This document shows, piece by piece, positions 22,720-33,260 of a stretch of 46,238 bases of DNA; position 1 is the stretch's first letter, and each line of letters opens with the position of its first letter. The stretch comes from Octopus bimaculoides (lineage: Eukaryota): positions 4,962,099 to 5,008,336 of the forward strand of contig NC_068981.1 in the NCBI RefSeq assembly GCF_001194135.2, written 5' to 3'. The notes beneath the pieces were generated by a model. The model did not search any database. It was given only the letters and a program-made list of their open reading frames with translations, and had not been told where the DNA came from. The position numbers and the translations under genes are program-made.

Positions 22720-23072
22720 AATCTTCCGGCATTAACCACTTCATCCCATGTCTTCTTGGGTTTCTGTCTTCTGTAAATTCCAACCACATTAAGCAATCGT
22801 CGTTCCTTTATACACCTGTCCTCCTTCCATACGTAACACGTGTCCATACCAATGCAGTCTTCTTTCTCAAACTCAGCATTTGATTCCTTTTATGCCGTTT
22901 TTTCACCCAGCGCCTTTCTACTAACCCTTTCATGCACACTCACATTGCACATCCAACAAATTTTGCTCGCTTCCTTTCTTTCCAGTCTTCTCAGGTCCTC
23001 TGCATTCAAAGCCCATGTCTCACTTCCCTGCAGCATTGCAGTTCTGACACAACCATCGTACAAGGATTTAGT
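22720..23072 (-). pseudogene. RTE LINE ORF C-terminal remnant
   Basis: LYDGCVRTAMLQGSETWALNAEDLRRLERKE..WMCNVS..RRLHWYGHVLRM..KPKKTWDEVV, with stops and frameshifts. Confidence 0.85.
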
Positions 23073-23111
23073 TGGCTCAGGGCTGTAACGGAAGACACTT
23101 GCTCATGGTAC

Positions 23112-23343
23112 CTTGTTTACAATGGGCGGATAGGTTTCCACACCTTGTTAGTTGTTACCACAATGTTTCAGCTGATGTACTCTCCATCCTTTATCAGGTG
23201 TTCTGGTGGAATTTCAAACCCAACCCTTTATTTGACTAATGGGGTACTCTATTCTCATTCCTAAGGTATGTTACTGATGCTATTTTTCAAATCCCTGCCT
23301 GGGATTGAACTTAGAATACGAGGGTTAGTAACCTGCGTTCTTA
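23112..23343 (-). mobile_element. Hammerhead-SINE copy (mutated core, partial tRNA head)
   Basis: Same body as 3256-3524, with core CTGATAA..GAAACATTGTGG. Confidence 0.75.
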
Positions 23344-23345
23344 CA

Positions 23346-23527
23346 CCTTAGGAATGAGAAGTTTACCCCATTAGTCAAATAAAGGGTTGGGTTTGAAATT
23401 CCACCAGAACACCTGATGAAGGCTGGAGAGTAAATCAGTCAAAGCATTGTGATAACAACAAACAAGGGGAGGACCCCTGTCCGTCCATTGTAAATAATGT
23501 ACATAATTCCTCATCTCTAAAATATAG
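23346..23527 (+). mobile_element. Hammerhead-SINE copy, headless, inverted against the previous copy
   Basis: ttaggaatgagaa...AACAC-CTGATGA-A-GGCTG..CAGTC-AAAGC, followed by the tail. Confidence 0.75.
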
Positions 23528-23624
23528 GTTAGTACTTGCTCACGGTGTCACACAGTAGGACTGAAACCAGAACCATTTGGCTAGGAAGCCAATTTCTTAA
23601 CCACACATTCATGCCTGCACCTAC

Positions 23625-23985
23625 ATTCTTTTCTACTCTAGGCACAAGGCCCAAAATTTTGGGGGAAGGCGCCAGTCGAATAAAAACAAAATAATTTACT
23701 ATAGTTTACTAAATTCTCCATTATTTTTTTTTAATAATTGACATAAAGGTGGTGTACTTAGACAGAAATATAGTAAAATATTTGTTTCAAATTTTTGGCA
23801 TAAGGCCAGCAAGATCAAGGCAGAGGGAAGTTGATTATATTGACTCCCCAATGTGCAACCGGTACTTAATTTATTGACCCCAAAGGGACAAAAGGCAAAG
23901 TCAACCTCGGCGGAATTTGAACTCAGAACATAAAGACAGACGAAATACTACTAAGCATTTCACCCAGCATGCTAAAGTTTTTTTA
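23625..23985 (-). mobile_element. SINE family 2, interrupted by a patch at 23679-23850
   Basis: Tail at 23625-23678, remainder to 23985. Confidence 0.7.
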
Positions 23986-24009
23986 TTTCTTTATTGCCCA
24001 CAAAGGGCT

Positions 24010-24165
24010 ATCGACCCCAGTGCATAACTGGTACTTATTTAATCGACCTCAAAAGGATGAAAGGCAAAGTCGACCTCGGCGGAATTTGAACTCAGAATGT
24101 AGCGGCAGATGAAATACAGCTAAGCATTTCGCCCGGCATGCTGATGTTTCTGCCAGCTCTCCACC
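24010..24165 (-). mobile_element. SINE family 2
   Basis: Similarity to 8925-9130. Confidence 0.8.
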
Positions 24166-24498
24166 ATATTCCTGCACCTATATTATAAGGAAATGTATCC
24201 CATGTTGTCCTAAACCACTCTCAGTTATATAATCATGAAACCATTTTATCACAAAGCCACAAGTATTTTCTCGGTTCATTCACAGCTTCTGTGCTTGCTT
24301 ACATTAGTTTAGGTTTTAGTTATTTATTTTAGTCTTTCGAGACCAAAATTACTGATATTTTAGAAGTTTGTGGTGAGTTATTGGTAATTTTAAGTCTCTG
24401 GGGAATAGAATAGAATAATTTGGTTATTTAAATCCTGTAAAAACATTGGAATCATAACAGTCAAGAAGTGTGGGTGTGTATATGCATTTAAATGTGTC

Positions 24499-24567
<69 letters not shown>

Positions 24568-25005
24568 TTCTTCCTAGTATAGTAATGACAATAAAACATC
24601 ATGCGCACACAAATATATTTTCCAAGGGAGTGGTCAGATCAAATCTGTCCGGCCTCTTAGAATAAACTACTCAAAGATAAGTTTAGGAGTGAATAAAAAA
24701 CCATTTAATCCATAATTATTAGTTCTTGATGATGAGTCATAGGTGAAACAATATATTTTGTTGGACTAACTATTATAGATTAAATATGTAAATGTGTGTA
24801 GGTGTAATATGTTGAATTCAAAATTAAAGAATTAAGGTTTAGAAAGCAGGTGTTAAGTGCAATATCCAAACCATGTTTCAGAGTAAGTCCAGGGTAGTGA
24901 GTCTGAGGAGCATGTTCACCACTTATGGCTGCCAGGTGTCATCAGTGATACTCTGCGTTCATCATTGGATCCATGTCCAAAATTCCAAGGTGCACACAGT
25001 ATATG

Positions 25006-25188
25006 TTTTAAGAGATTAATACGGAAGACAGAGTATAAATAGAAGCATTTATTAACACAACAGTCGTTTCGGCTTCATACTGCACTGCACCCTGGTGGGC
25101 GTGGAAAGGTGCAGTACGAAGCGAAAACGATTGTTGTGCTAATAAATGCTTCTAGTTACACTCCGTCTTCTGTATTAGTCTTTTAAAA
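25006..25188. repeat. Long imperfect palindrome (about 80 bp arms)
   Basis: Left arm ...gaagacagagt..agaagcatttatt..gtttcggcttcatactgcac is the reverse complement of the right arm gtgcagtacgaagc..aataaatgcttct..actccgtcttc. Confidence 0.85.
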
Positions 25189-25224
25189 TAAATAATACAA
25201 ATAAATAAATGATATAAATATATA

Positions 25225-25373
25225 TGCAGGAGTGGCTGCAGCTTGCTTCCCAACCACATGGTTCCAGGTTCAGTCCCACTGTGTGACACCTTGAGCAAGT
25301 GTCTTTTACTATAGCCTCAGGCTGACCAAAGCCTTATGAGTGAATTTGGTTCATGGAAACTAAAAGAAGCCCG

Positions 25374-25411
<38 letters not shown>

Positions 25412-25768
25412 TCGTTTAACGCCCGCTTTTCATGCTAGCATGGGTTGGGCGGTTTGACTGAGGACTGGTGAGCCAGAGGCTGCACCAGGGTCCAATCTGA
25501 TCTGGCAAAGTTTCTACAGTTGGATGCCCTTCCTAATGCCAACCACTCCGAGAGTGTGTATATGTTTGTGTCTGTGTTTGTTCCCCATCGTTGCTTGACA
25601 ACCGATGTTGGTGTGTTTACATCCCCATAACTTAGCGGTTCTGCAAAAGTGATCGATAGAATAAGTACTAGGCTTACAAAGAATAAGTCCTAGGGTTGAT
25701 TTGTTTGACTAAAGGCGGGGCTCCAGCATGGCCACAGTCAAATGATTGAAACAAATAAAAGAACAAAA
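25225..25768 (+). mobile_element. SINE family 1 interrupted by an RTE 3' fragment (25410-25556, -)
   Basis: 5' half to 25377, (TA)n, insert, then the 3' half resumes near 25557. Confidence 0.85.
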
Positions 25769-25811
25769 AATATAGAATCTCAAAACAGGAGAATGGAAAA
25801 TTTTTTGTTAT

Positions 25812-25965
25812 TATTTATTCACATTATTTACATTATTTACATTTGACGGATATTTGTCCTCATCTTGTTTGTTGTTAACACAACGTTTCGGCTGATATAC
25901 CCTCCAGCCTTCGTCAGGTGTCTTGGGGAAATTTCGAACCTGGGTTCTCATTCCTAACGATGTTT
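25812..25965 (-). mobile_element. Hammerhead-SINE copy (headless) carrying the intact ribozyme motif
   Basis: Body nearly identical to 38315-38440, with a (TGTAAATAA)-repeat tail and an adjacent expanded (TAT)n. Confidence 0.75.
25877..25922 (-). ncRNA. Minimal type I hammerhead ribozyme motif, intact core
   Basis: Minus strand reads GACAC-CUGACGA-A-GGCUG-(10 nt)-CAGCC-GAA-AC-GU-U-GUGUU. Stem I is GACAC/GUGUU, stem II GGCUG/CAGCC, stem III the palindrome AACGUU, cleavage triplet GUU. Confidence 0.75.
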
Positions 25966-26049
25966 CTATTATTATATTATTATTATTATTATTACTATTA
26001 TTATTATTATTATTACTATTATTTTTGGGCACAGCTTGGATTTTAACCC

Positions 26050-26312
26050 TCATCATCATTGTTTCATGTCTGTTTTCTATGCTGGCATGGGTTGGATGGT
26101 TTGACTAAGGACTGGCAAGCCAGGAGGCCGCACCAGGCTCCAATCTGATCTGGCAAGGTTTCTACAGCTGGATGCCCTTCCTAACGCCAACCACTCTGAG
26201 AATGTAGAGGGTGCTTTTATGTGCCACCGGCACAGGGGCCAGTCAGGTGGCACTGGGTTTGGCCATGTTTGGATGGTGCTTTTTATGTGTCACTGGCACA
26301 GGAGCTAGTCAG
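26050..26312 (-). mobile_element. RTE-related 3' fragment
   Basis: Tail and 2 units. Confidence 0.8.
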
Positions 26313-26324
26313 GGATCTTTCACT

Positions 26325-26519
26325 TGTTTCAGTCACTTGACTACAGCCATGCTGGAGCATTGCCTTGAAGGTTTTTCTCGTTAGTCGAACAAATCAACCC
26401 TAGCATATATTTTTTAAAGCCTGGTACTTATTCTGTTGATCTCTTTTTTACTCAACTGCTAAGTTATGGGGACATAAACACACCAACACTGGTTGTCAAG
26501 CGGGGTGGGGGTGGGGCAG

Positions 26520-26550
<31 letters not shown>

Positions 26551-26695
26551 ACAATCTTTCAGTTTCTGTCAACCAAATCCACTCACAAGGTCCCAGTCAG
26601 CCTGAGGCTATAGTAGACACTTGTCGAAGGTGCCATGCAGCAGGACTGAACCTGGAATCATGTGGTTGGGAAGCAAGCTTCTTACTACATAGCTA
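26325..26695 (-). mobile_element. SINE family 1, full length
   Basis: Similarity to the other copies. Confidence 0.8.
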
Positions 26696-26697
26696 CA

Positions 26698-26948
26698 ATG
26701 ATCGAGACCTTTGGCATTATGTCGTGCTTGAGAAGACCCATCAAGCCGAGCAAAATTGCGGTCGTGGCAGATACTGGTGGCACATAAAAGCACCCATTAC
26801 ACTCTCGGAGTGGTTGGTGTTAGGAAAGAAATCCCACCATTGAAAACCATGCCAAATCAGACTGGAGCCTGGTGCAGCCTTCTGGCTCACCAGTCCTCAG
26901 TCAAACCGTCCAACCCATGCCAGCATGGAAAGCAGACGTTAAACGACA
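26698..26948 (+). mobile_element. RTE-related 3' fragment contiguous with the ORF end
   Basis: DRDLWHYVVLEKT runs directly into one unit and the tail. Confidence 0.8.
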
Positions 26949-27384
26949 ATGTTGATTATATATGTGTGTATTTGTGGAGAGAGAGTGGGAGAGAGAGTGT
27001 ATGGTATTGCCATGCTAAATGACTTCAGTTGTTTTATTAAGGATAAAAAAAATGGAGTCGTCTTTCAATATTAATTTTTTTAAATTTTCTTGAAAGTTAA
27101 AAATAGAAAACTCCCCAACTTCCTCATTTTATAATTCTATGTCAAACAGTTGAAACAACAAACATTAGCCTGAAATTCTATTTACACCAACTTTTACCAT
27201 TTCCTTCTTAATACTAATTTAACATTAATTCCCATCAGACTTCTTCTTCCTAAACTTCATCACTGACCTTCTCTATCTGTTTACCATTTTCTCTTCTACA
27301 GACACTCTTCAAGAATTATGTTTTTCTATTGAGTTTCAGATTAATTTTCTTACAGAATGTTTTTTGCTTTTTGTTGCTGTATCT

Positions 27385-27765
27385 TTTACTTGGTTCAGTC
27401 ATCAAACTATGGCCATACTGGGGCACTGCCCTGAAGAATTTTTAGTTGAATGAATCAGCCCTAGTGCTTAGTTTTGTTAAGCCTGGTAATTATCCTATCC
27501 GTCTCTATTTTATCTGTCTTTTGCTGAACCACTTAGTTACAGGCACGTAAACACACTGACACTAGTTGTCAAGCAATGGTGGGGACACACACACACACAC
27601 ACACATGCATGCGTGCATGCACACACACACACCCATATATATGATGGGCTTCTTTCAGTTTCTATCTACCAAATCTACTCACAAGGCTTTGTTGGCCCAA
27701 GGCAATTTCCCCAAGAGGCCACACTGGGATTGAACCTGGAACCATATGGTTGGGAAACAAACTTC
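27385..27765 (-). mobile_element. SINE family 1
   Basis: Similarity to the other copies. Confidence 0.8.
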
Positions 27766-28019
27766 TTTTTTCTGCTAAGGAGATTAAGATCAACGGTTAA
27801 TCCAGTTTTCTTAATAGAAAATATTCCTTTAATAATATTTGCTGAGCCATTTGCTAAATGGCAATTAACGAAGTTCATATGAGGTCTAACTAAAGTGAGG
27901 GTCATTATGAAACCAATTAACTGAAAGTCAATTAAGTTGATGAATATTTTAATAGATTTTTTAGAATAATTAATTTCTATCATTTACGTAGATTACTTCT
28001 GTGTTTGAGNNNNNNNNNN

Positions 28020-28385
28020 GTTGTTTGACTGTGGCCATGCTGGGGTACCATCTTGAAGGAGTTAGGTCAAATAGATCAACCTCAGTACTCTTTTTTTTTT
28101 TAAAGTTTGGTACTTGATCTATCTGTCTCTCGTTCTGAACTGCTAAGTTATGGGGATGTAAACAAACCAATTATCAAGGAGTAGTGACTGTGGGACAGAC
28201 GCCTTACACGTGCAGACGAGATACACACACATCAGACTTTCACAGTTTCCTTCTATGAAATCGATTCACAAGGATTTGATCAGCTTAGAACTGTAGTAGA
28301 AGACCAAAGCTGCTGCAGAGTGGGACTGAACCCAAAACCACATGGTTGTAGAGCAAGCTTTTTAACCCCACAGCCATATCTGCAC
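28020..28385 (-). mobile_element. SINE family 1
   Basis: Similarity to the other copies. Confidence 0.75.
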
Positions 28386-28554
28386 ATTTTTGTACTGTCT
28401 AATAAAATAAATACACATTTTGGTAACACCTATCGATTAAATAGCCCAGGCTATAAAAGCAGCCCCATGCCCAAGGTGGGCATGCAGTGGACATGTGGTC
28501 AGGATCTGAACTTCATAACCACACAGCCATGACTCTGCTTTTCACAGCTATGCA

Positions 28555-28870
28555 TAGGCATGGCTGTGTGGTAAGTAGCTGGCTCCCCAACCACATAGTT
28601 CCAGGTTCATTCCCACTGCATGGCACCTTGGCAAGTGTCTTCTACTACAGCCTCAGGCCAATCAAAGACTTGTGAATGGATTTGGTAGACGGAAACTGAA
28701 AGAAGCTTATCGCGTGTTTCTCCCCAACACTGCTTGACATTTGGTGTTGGTGTGTTTATGTCCCCCTAACATAAGGGTTCAGCAAAAGAGAGTAATAAAG
28801 GAAGCAACTAAAATCCTTCAAGATAGTGCCCCAGCATGGGCCACAGTCAAGTGACAAACAAGTAAGAGAT
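28555..28870 (+). mobile_element. SINE family 1
   Basis: Similarity to the other copies. Confidence 0.8.
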
Positions 28871-29119
28871 CAAAAATGCCTGTGAAGTTTAAATCAGTCC
28901 TACACAGACACACCACTCAGTTTATCCAATCCCCTTTCTCTTTCTCCCTCTCCCCCCTCTCCCTCTCTTTCAGCACTACTGCACCCTCAGTGGTGCTAGA
29001 TCATTCATTAGTCTGTTACCCAACAAATATTCTACCCCACACCAAAAAACAGTTCAATTTCATATCCGTGTTCTAATCAACACAAGGAGTGACTGTAAAT
29101 AAGGTGGCTGTTCAAAACA

Positions 29120-29350
29120 TTAAAACTTTTTTTTACCGTATTTCTGTTGAGATGCTCTGTGTTTCTTTCAATTAATTTTAAATATAACAAAGAATTTAGT
29201 AAAATAACTTTGTTATCATTCAGCTAGTGTTAGGAACATAAATTGTGACTAAGGTTTGGTGGAAGATTTTAATTCAAAACTTATGAAAACAAGACATTTG
29301 TACTACAGAGCCAGAGGCAGTTTCAGCCGGGTTAGTTTCAAAAGGGTTAA
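29120..29350. mobile_element. TTAA-flanked MITE (piggyBac-like)
   Basis: High similarity to 9917-10145 and ends AAAGGGttaa. Confidence 0.75.
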
Positions 29351-29589
29351 TGCAGCAACGCTTCTGAGACTAGCCCTGGTTTTATTATACAAACTTCCTG
29401 TTTTGAAATGATTTAAATTAAAACCTTTCATTGAAATTTCATGTTAACTTATGCTTAAAATACTTAATAAAAACAAAATAAATTACTATAGTTTACTAAA
29501 TTCTCCATTATTTTTTTTTAAATAATTGACATAAAGGTGGTGTACTTGGACAGAAATATAGTGAAATATTTGTTTCAAATATTTGGCAT

Positions 29590-29780
29590 AAGGCCAGCAA
29601 GATCAAGGCAGAGGGAAGTTGATTACACATACTCCCCCAGTGCGCAACTGGTACTTATTTTATTGACCCCGAACAGATGAACGGCAAAGTCGACCTCAGC
29701 AGAATTTGAGCTCAGAAAGTAAAGATGGCTGAAATACCACTAAGCCTTTTGCCCGGCAAGCTAACGATTCTGCCAGTTGT
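29590..29780 (-). mobile_element. SINE family 2
   Basis: Similarity to 8925-9130. Confidence 0.75.
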
Positions 29781-30335
29781 GGCCTTAGAAATATGGTTGA
29801 ATATTAATGAATTGTTACAAGCTGTTCCAATTCTATTTATTAGAATATTTTGGACAGATATGGTTGGTTTAAATGCAAAAGGGTTAACTGGACAGAAATT
29901 AAAAATTTTTATGTTTAAACTGGCCAGATCTGGCCTCTCATACCAACTCTACAATACCATTCTAAAAATTAAGTTACCTCTGCAAAATCTCAAAGCTACA
30001 AGATAATGCATAATTAATATTAAACAATGAGAATAAACAAGTATTACTTCTGTAGTGGATTTGAAACCAAATCACTGGCTAGCCAAGTAGACATCACGAC
30101 CAAACCCCACTTGTTTCATGTGATCCTCCAATTGACTGACCAATCAGCATCAAGTCATTGTATGATTCGACTTTCTCTTTGAGCCTTATCTGAAAATAGT
30201 TTTTGGCAGTGACCCCAGAATGTTGAGACCACCACTCAACATCTCCATTCTCATTTCTTCACCAATCATTGGCAGATGGAAGGAACAGATTTTGTCACCA
30301 TGAATGTAGCCCATTTAGTTAAATTNNNNNNNNNN

Positions 30336-30371
<36 letters not shown>

Positions 30372-30639
30372 AATGTCACTGTTAGCTTCTGTCAAAAGAC
30401 CAACAAAGTTAAAACACCAAATGCAGTAAATAAAATATTCTGTTAATTGTTTGTGTGTTGTTAATTACTTCCACACACAGCCCTAGAAAGACATTTTCAT
30501 TCACCAGCAGCTAACCACAACCACCACAACCAGCACAAGAAATCCATGGCACTTCTCACAGAATAATACGAATGCTAAAGGGTGAAACAACTATAAATTT
30601 ATGATATCTGAAAATAATGTGACTCTCCTCCCTGTTAAT

Positions 30640-31030
30640 TATAATTCTCTCTCAGCAGGTTCAATGTCCTGCCTCTCTGTCTTTGTTTTGCTGTCATAAT
30701 ATATTCATTTCTACATTGTCCAATTCTTCCCATTTTCCATCTGCATAATTCTCAATTTTCTCGTCTTCCCATTCATTCTGTCGGCTATTAAAAGACTCTA
30801 TGAACTTTTTTTTTTTTCCTAATTAAGTGTCCAAAACGTTTTAGTTTTCTCTCTTTGATTCTGTCTGATGATAGCTTGGTTGTCTTTTTTCTTTTTTTCA
30901 TTTCCTCTCTTCTTCTTTCTCTGGTTTATTTTCTCTCCAAGATATTCTCTCATAAGTTTTCTATATGCTGACTTCTCAAAGTCTTCTAAACTATTTATGA
31001 TAATAGTTTTGTTAATGTCCATTCCATACA
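30640..31030 (-). pseudogene. Degraded RTE-type LINE C-terminal remnant
   Basis: LEDFEKSAYRKL..RIKERKLKRFGHLIRK..KNWT..NLLRE. Confidence 0.65.
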
Positions 31031-31124
31031 GAAACAGACCATGGACAGCAGTCTTTACTGTACAGTAAATTAAAAATAACAAGAGGAACAAAATGAAATA
31101 TATATATATATATATATATATTTG

Positions 31125-31472
31125 CACAGGTGTGGCTGTGTAGTGAGAAGCTTGCTTCCCAACCACATGGTTCCGGGTTCAGTCCTGCATGGAACCTTGA
31201 GCAAGTGTCTTCTACAATAGCCTTGGGTTGACCAAAGCCTTGTGAGGGGATTTGGTAGATGGAAACTGAAAAGCTCATGCGTGTGTGTGTTTTTGTGTCT
31301 GTCCCACACCACCATTTGACAAGTGTTGGTGTGTTTACGTCCCCATAACTTAGCAGTTCATCAAATAAGATCAATAGAATAAGTATTGGGGTTGATCCAT
31401 TTGACTAGAAAAAATTCTTCAAGGCAGTGCCTCCAGCGTGGCCAGAGTCTAATGACTGAAACAGATAAAAGA
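31125..31472 (+). mobile_element. SINE family 1, full length
   Basis: Similarity to the other copies. Confidence 0.85.
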
Positions 31473-31819
31473 AGATATAGTCCATACATATTGTATGCTG
31501 ATAAGTGCAGTTGATAGACTCGTTAGCATACTGTACAAAATGCGTTGCAATATTTCTGGTTCGTTACTGAGTTCAAATTCCACCAAGATCAGCTTCACCT
31601 CTCATTCTTTCAGGGCCAATAAAATAAGCATGACCACATTTGTTGTGGCCTGTTTCAGGATGCACAGAGATGCAAAAACAGACTTGATGGGGGTGTCATG
31701 AAAGGAGAGGGGTGAAGGCAACATGCTTGGACTGCCACCTGGCATGCTCAATGATAAACTTGCATGCCAGAGTCTAAAGACCTCAACTAAGCAGTCTATT
31801 TAAAACAACAGATCTATCA

Positions 31820-31975
31820 TCATCGTCGTCATTTAACATCCATTTTACCTTGCTGGCATGGGTTGGATGGTTTGACTGGAGCTGGTAAGGCCAGGAGCCG
31901 CACCAGGTTTCATTGTCTGTTTTGGCTAGGTCTCGACAGCTGGATGCACCTTTCTTGATGCCAACCATTTTAGAA
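31820..31975 (-). mobile_element. RTE-related 3' fragment
   Basis: Tail similarity. Confidence 0.7.
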
Positions 31976-32675
31976 AGTCCTCGGTGCCTTTTGCATGGCA
32001 TTGGCATGGTCACCAAGTAACTTGGTAGACAAGACCCCTTCAACTGTGAGGGGGTGGGGTTGTAGTATTGAAGAAAGTGGCTTTGTGCCAAGTGATGACA
32101 GAAGAGGTTGGGGGACTGGAACAGATCTCTTGCTGTCCAAATGGCTAACCCAGCCGGAAAAGAAAGAACATGGTGACGAAAATGTGTCACAGTGCACCAC
32201 AATTGTTTCACTGATTACTTGTATGTCATAGGTTTGATCTATTGCAATTGATACAATACCAGTAATATACACTGGCATGAAAAACCTTATTTCTCTGTCT
32301 TCTTCCCCAAACAAAACCATTTTATGAAATTTCCAATATTTTCCTCCGAAGTGTCGAAACACTTCATGTGATCTGTTCTAATTCATTTCTTGTAAGGAAT
32401 TGTTTCAAGACAAACTCTCTTTGTGAATTTGTCCTAAATTAATATTCAAAAGTTTAGTTTTTATTTTTGACTGGTTTTAAAAACTAACTTCCCACTCCCT
32501 CCCTTCAGTAAAATTTAGTGTTTACATTTATCACGTACGCATTGGTTCTGTGGGAATATACGAGTCACCGCTGCTTGTCAAACATCCATAATACTGTTAG
32601 TTTTTAACCTTTGTCTGGAGAATTGCACATAGGAGTTCCCATACATGTCTTCTACATGTATATACTTATTATGGG

Positions 32676-33042
32676 TTTATTACTTCTGCTTTAGTGAAGG
32701 CGGAGGTATTGTCCACAGACAAACAAACACGACTGAAAACAAGATATCTCAAGAACTGCTGGATGGATTCGGATGAAACTTTCAGGGATGTTTGGTCTCG
32801 TAACTGGCACAAATTGATTAGATTTTTGGGTTGATCCAGTACCGGACAAGGATTCTGGATTATTTTTTCTGTTTTTTTACTTAATTTTTGAGAGCAGTCA
32901 GGTTCATTTTTAGTATTCTCATTTGTGAGAACAGTTGAGTTTATTTCAGATATTCTCATTTTAAAAATCATCTCTGGCTAATCATTGAGGGGACATTGGT
33001 GATGCCTTGGCAGAGGTTTGTTGCTCTCTGAGTGCTCTTGTT
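32676..33042 (+). mobile_element. Helentron-associated interspersed element (HINE/DINE-1-like)
   Basis: 5' TTATTACTTCTGC..GGCGGAG inverted repeat, short tetranucleotide repeat, CTCAAGAACTGCTGGATGGATT..GAAACTT core, and 3' CCTTGGCAGAGG..CTCTCTGAGTGCTCTTGTT end. Confidence 0.65.
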
Positions 33043-33059
33043 ATATTCATTATAATATT

Positions 33060-33260
33060 ATGTGGCAAGCTGGCAGAATCGTTAGCATGCTGGGTGAAAT
33101 GCTTAGTAGTATTTCATCTGCCGCTATGTTCTGAGTTCAAATTCCACCATGAGGTCAACTTTGCCTTTCATCCTTTCAGGGTCAATAAATTAAGTACCAG
33201 TTGAGTATTGGGTGTCAATGTAATTGATTTACTCCCTCCCTCGAAATTGCTGGCCTTCTT
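33060..33260 (+). mobile_element. SINE family 2
   Basis: TGGCAAGCTGG A-box-like head, B-box and core. A partial copy lies at 31525-31630. Confidence 0.8.

Noticed and set aside
24905-24952. Minus-strand CTGATGA followed by a short CACC/GGTG stem
   Set aside because: No GAAA box and no stem I or III pairing. The CTGATGA at 35637 fails for the same reason.
32200-32362. Minus-strand protein-like ORF segment (MVLFGEEDREIRFF...YDIQ) ending at a GTAATC donor-like site
   Set aside because: No recognisable family, a weak acceptor and no partner exons. It would need RNA-seq or BLAST support.
32520-32600. CpG-containing stretch with ATTGG as a possible RSPRY1 promoter
   Set aside because: Short motifs only, with no evidence of a transcription start or first exon.
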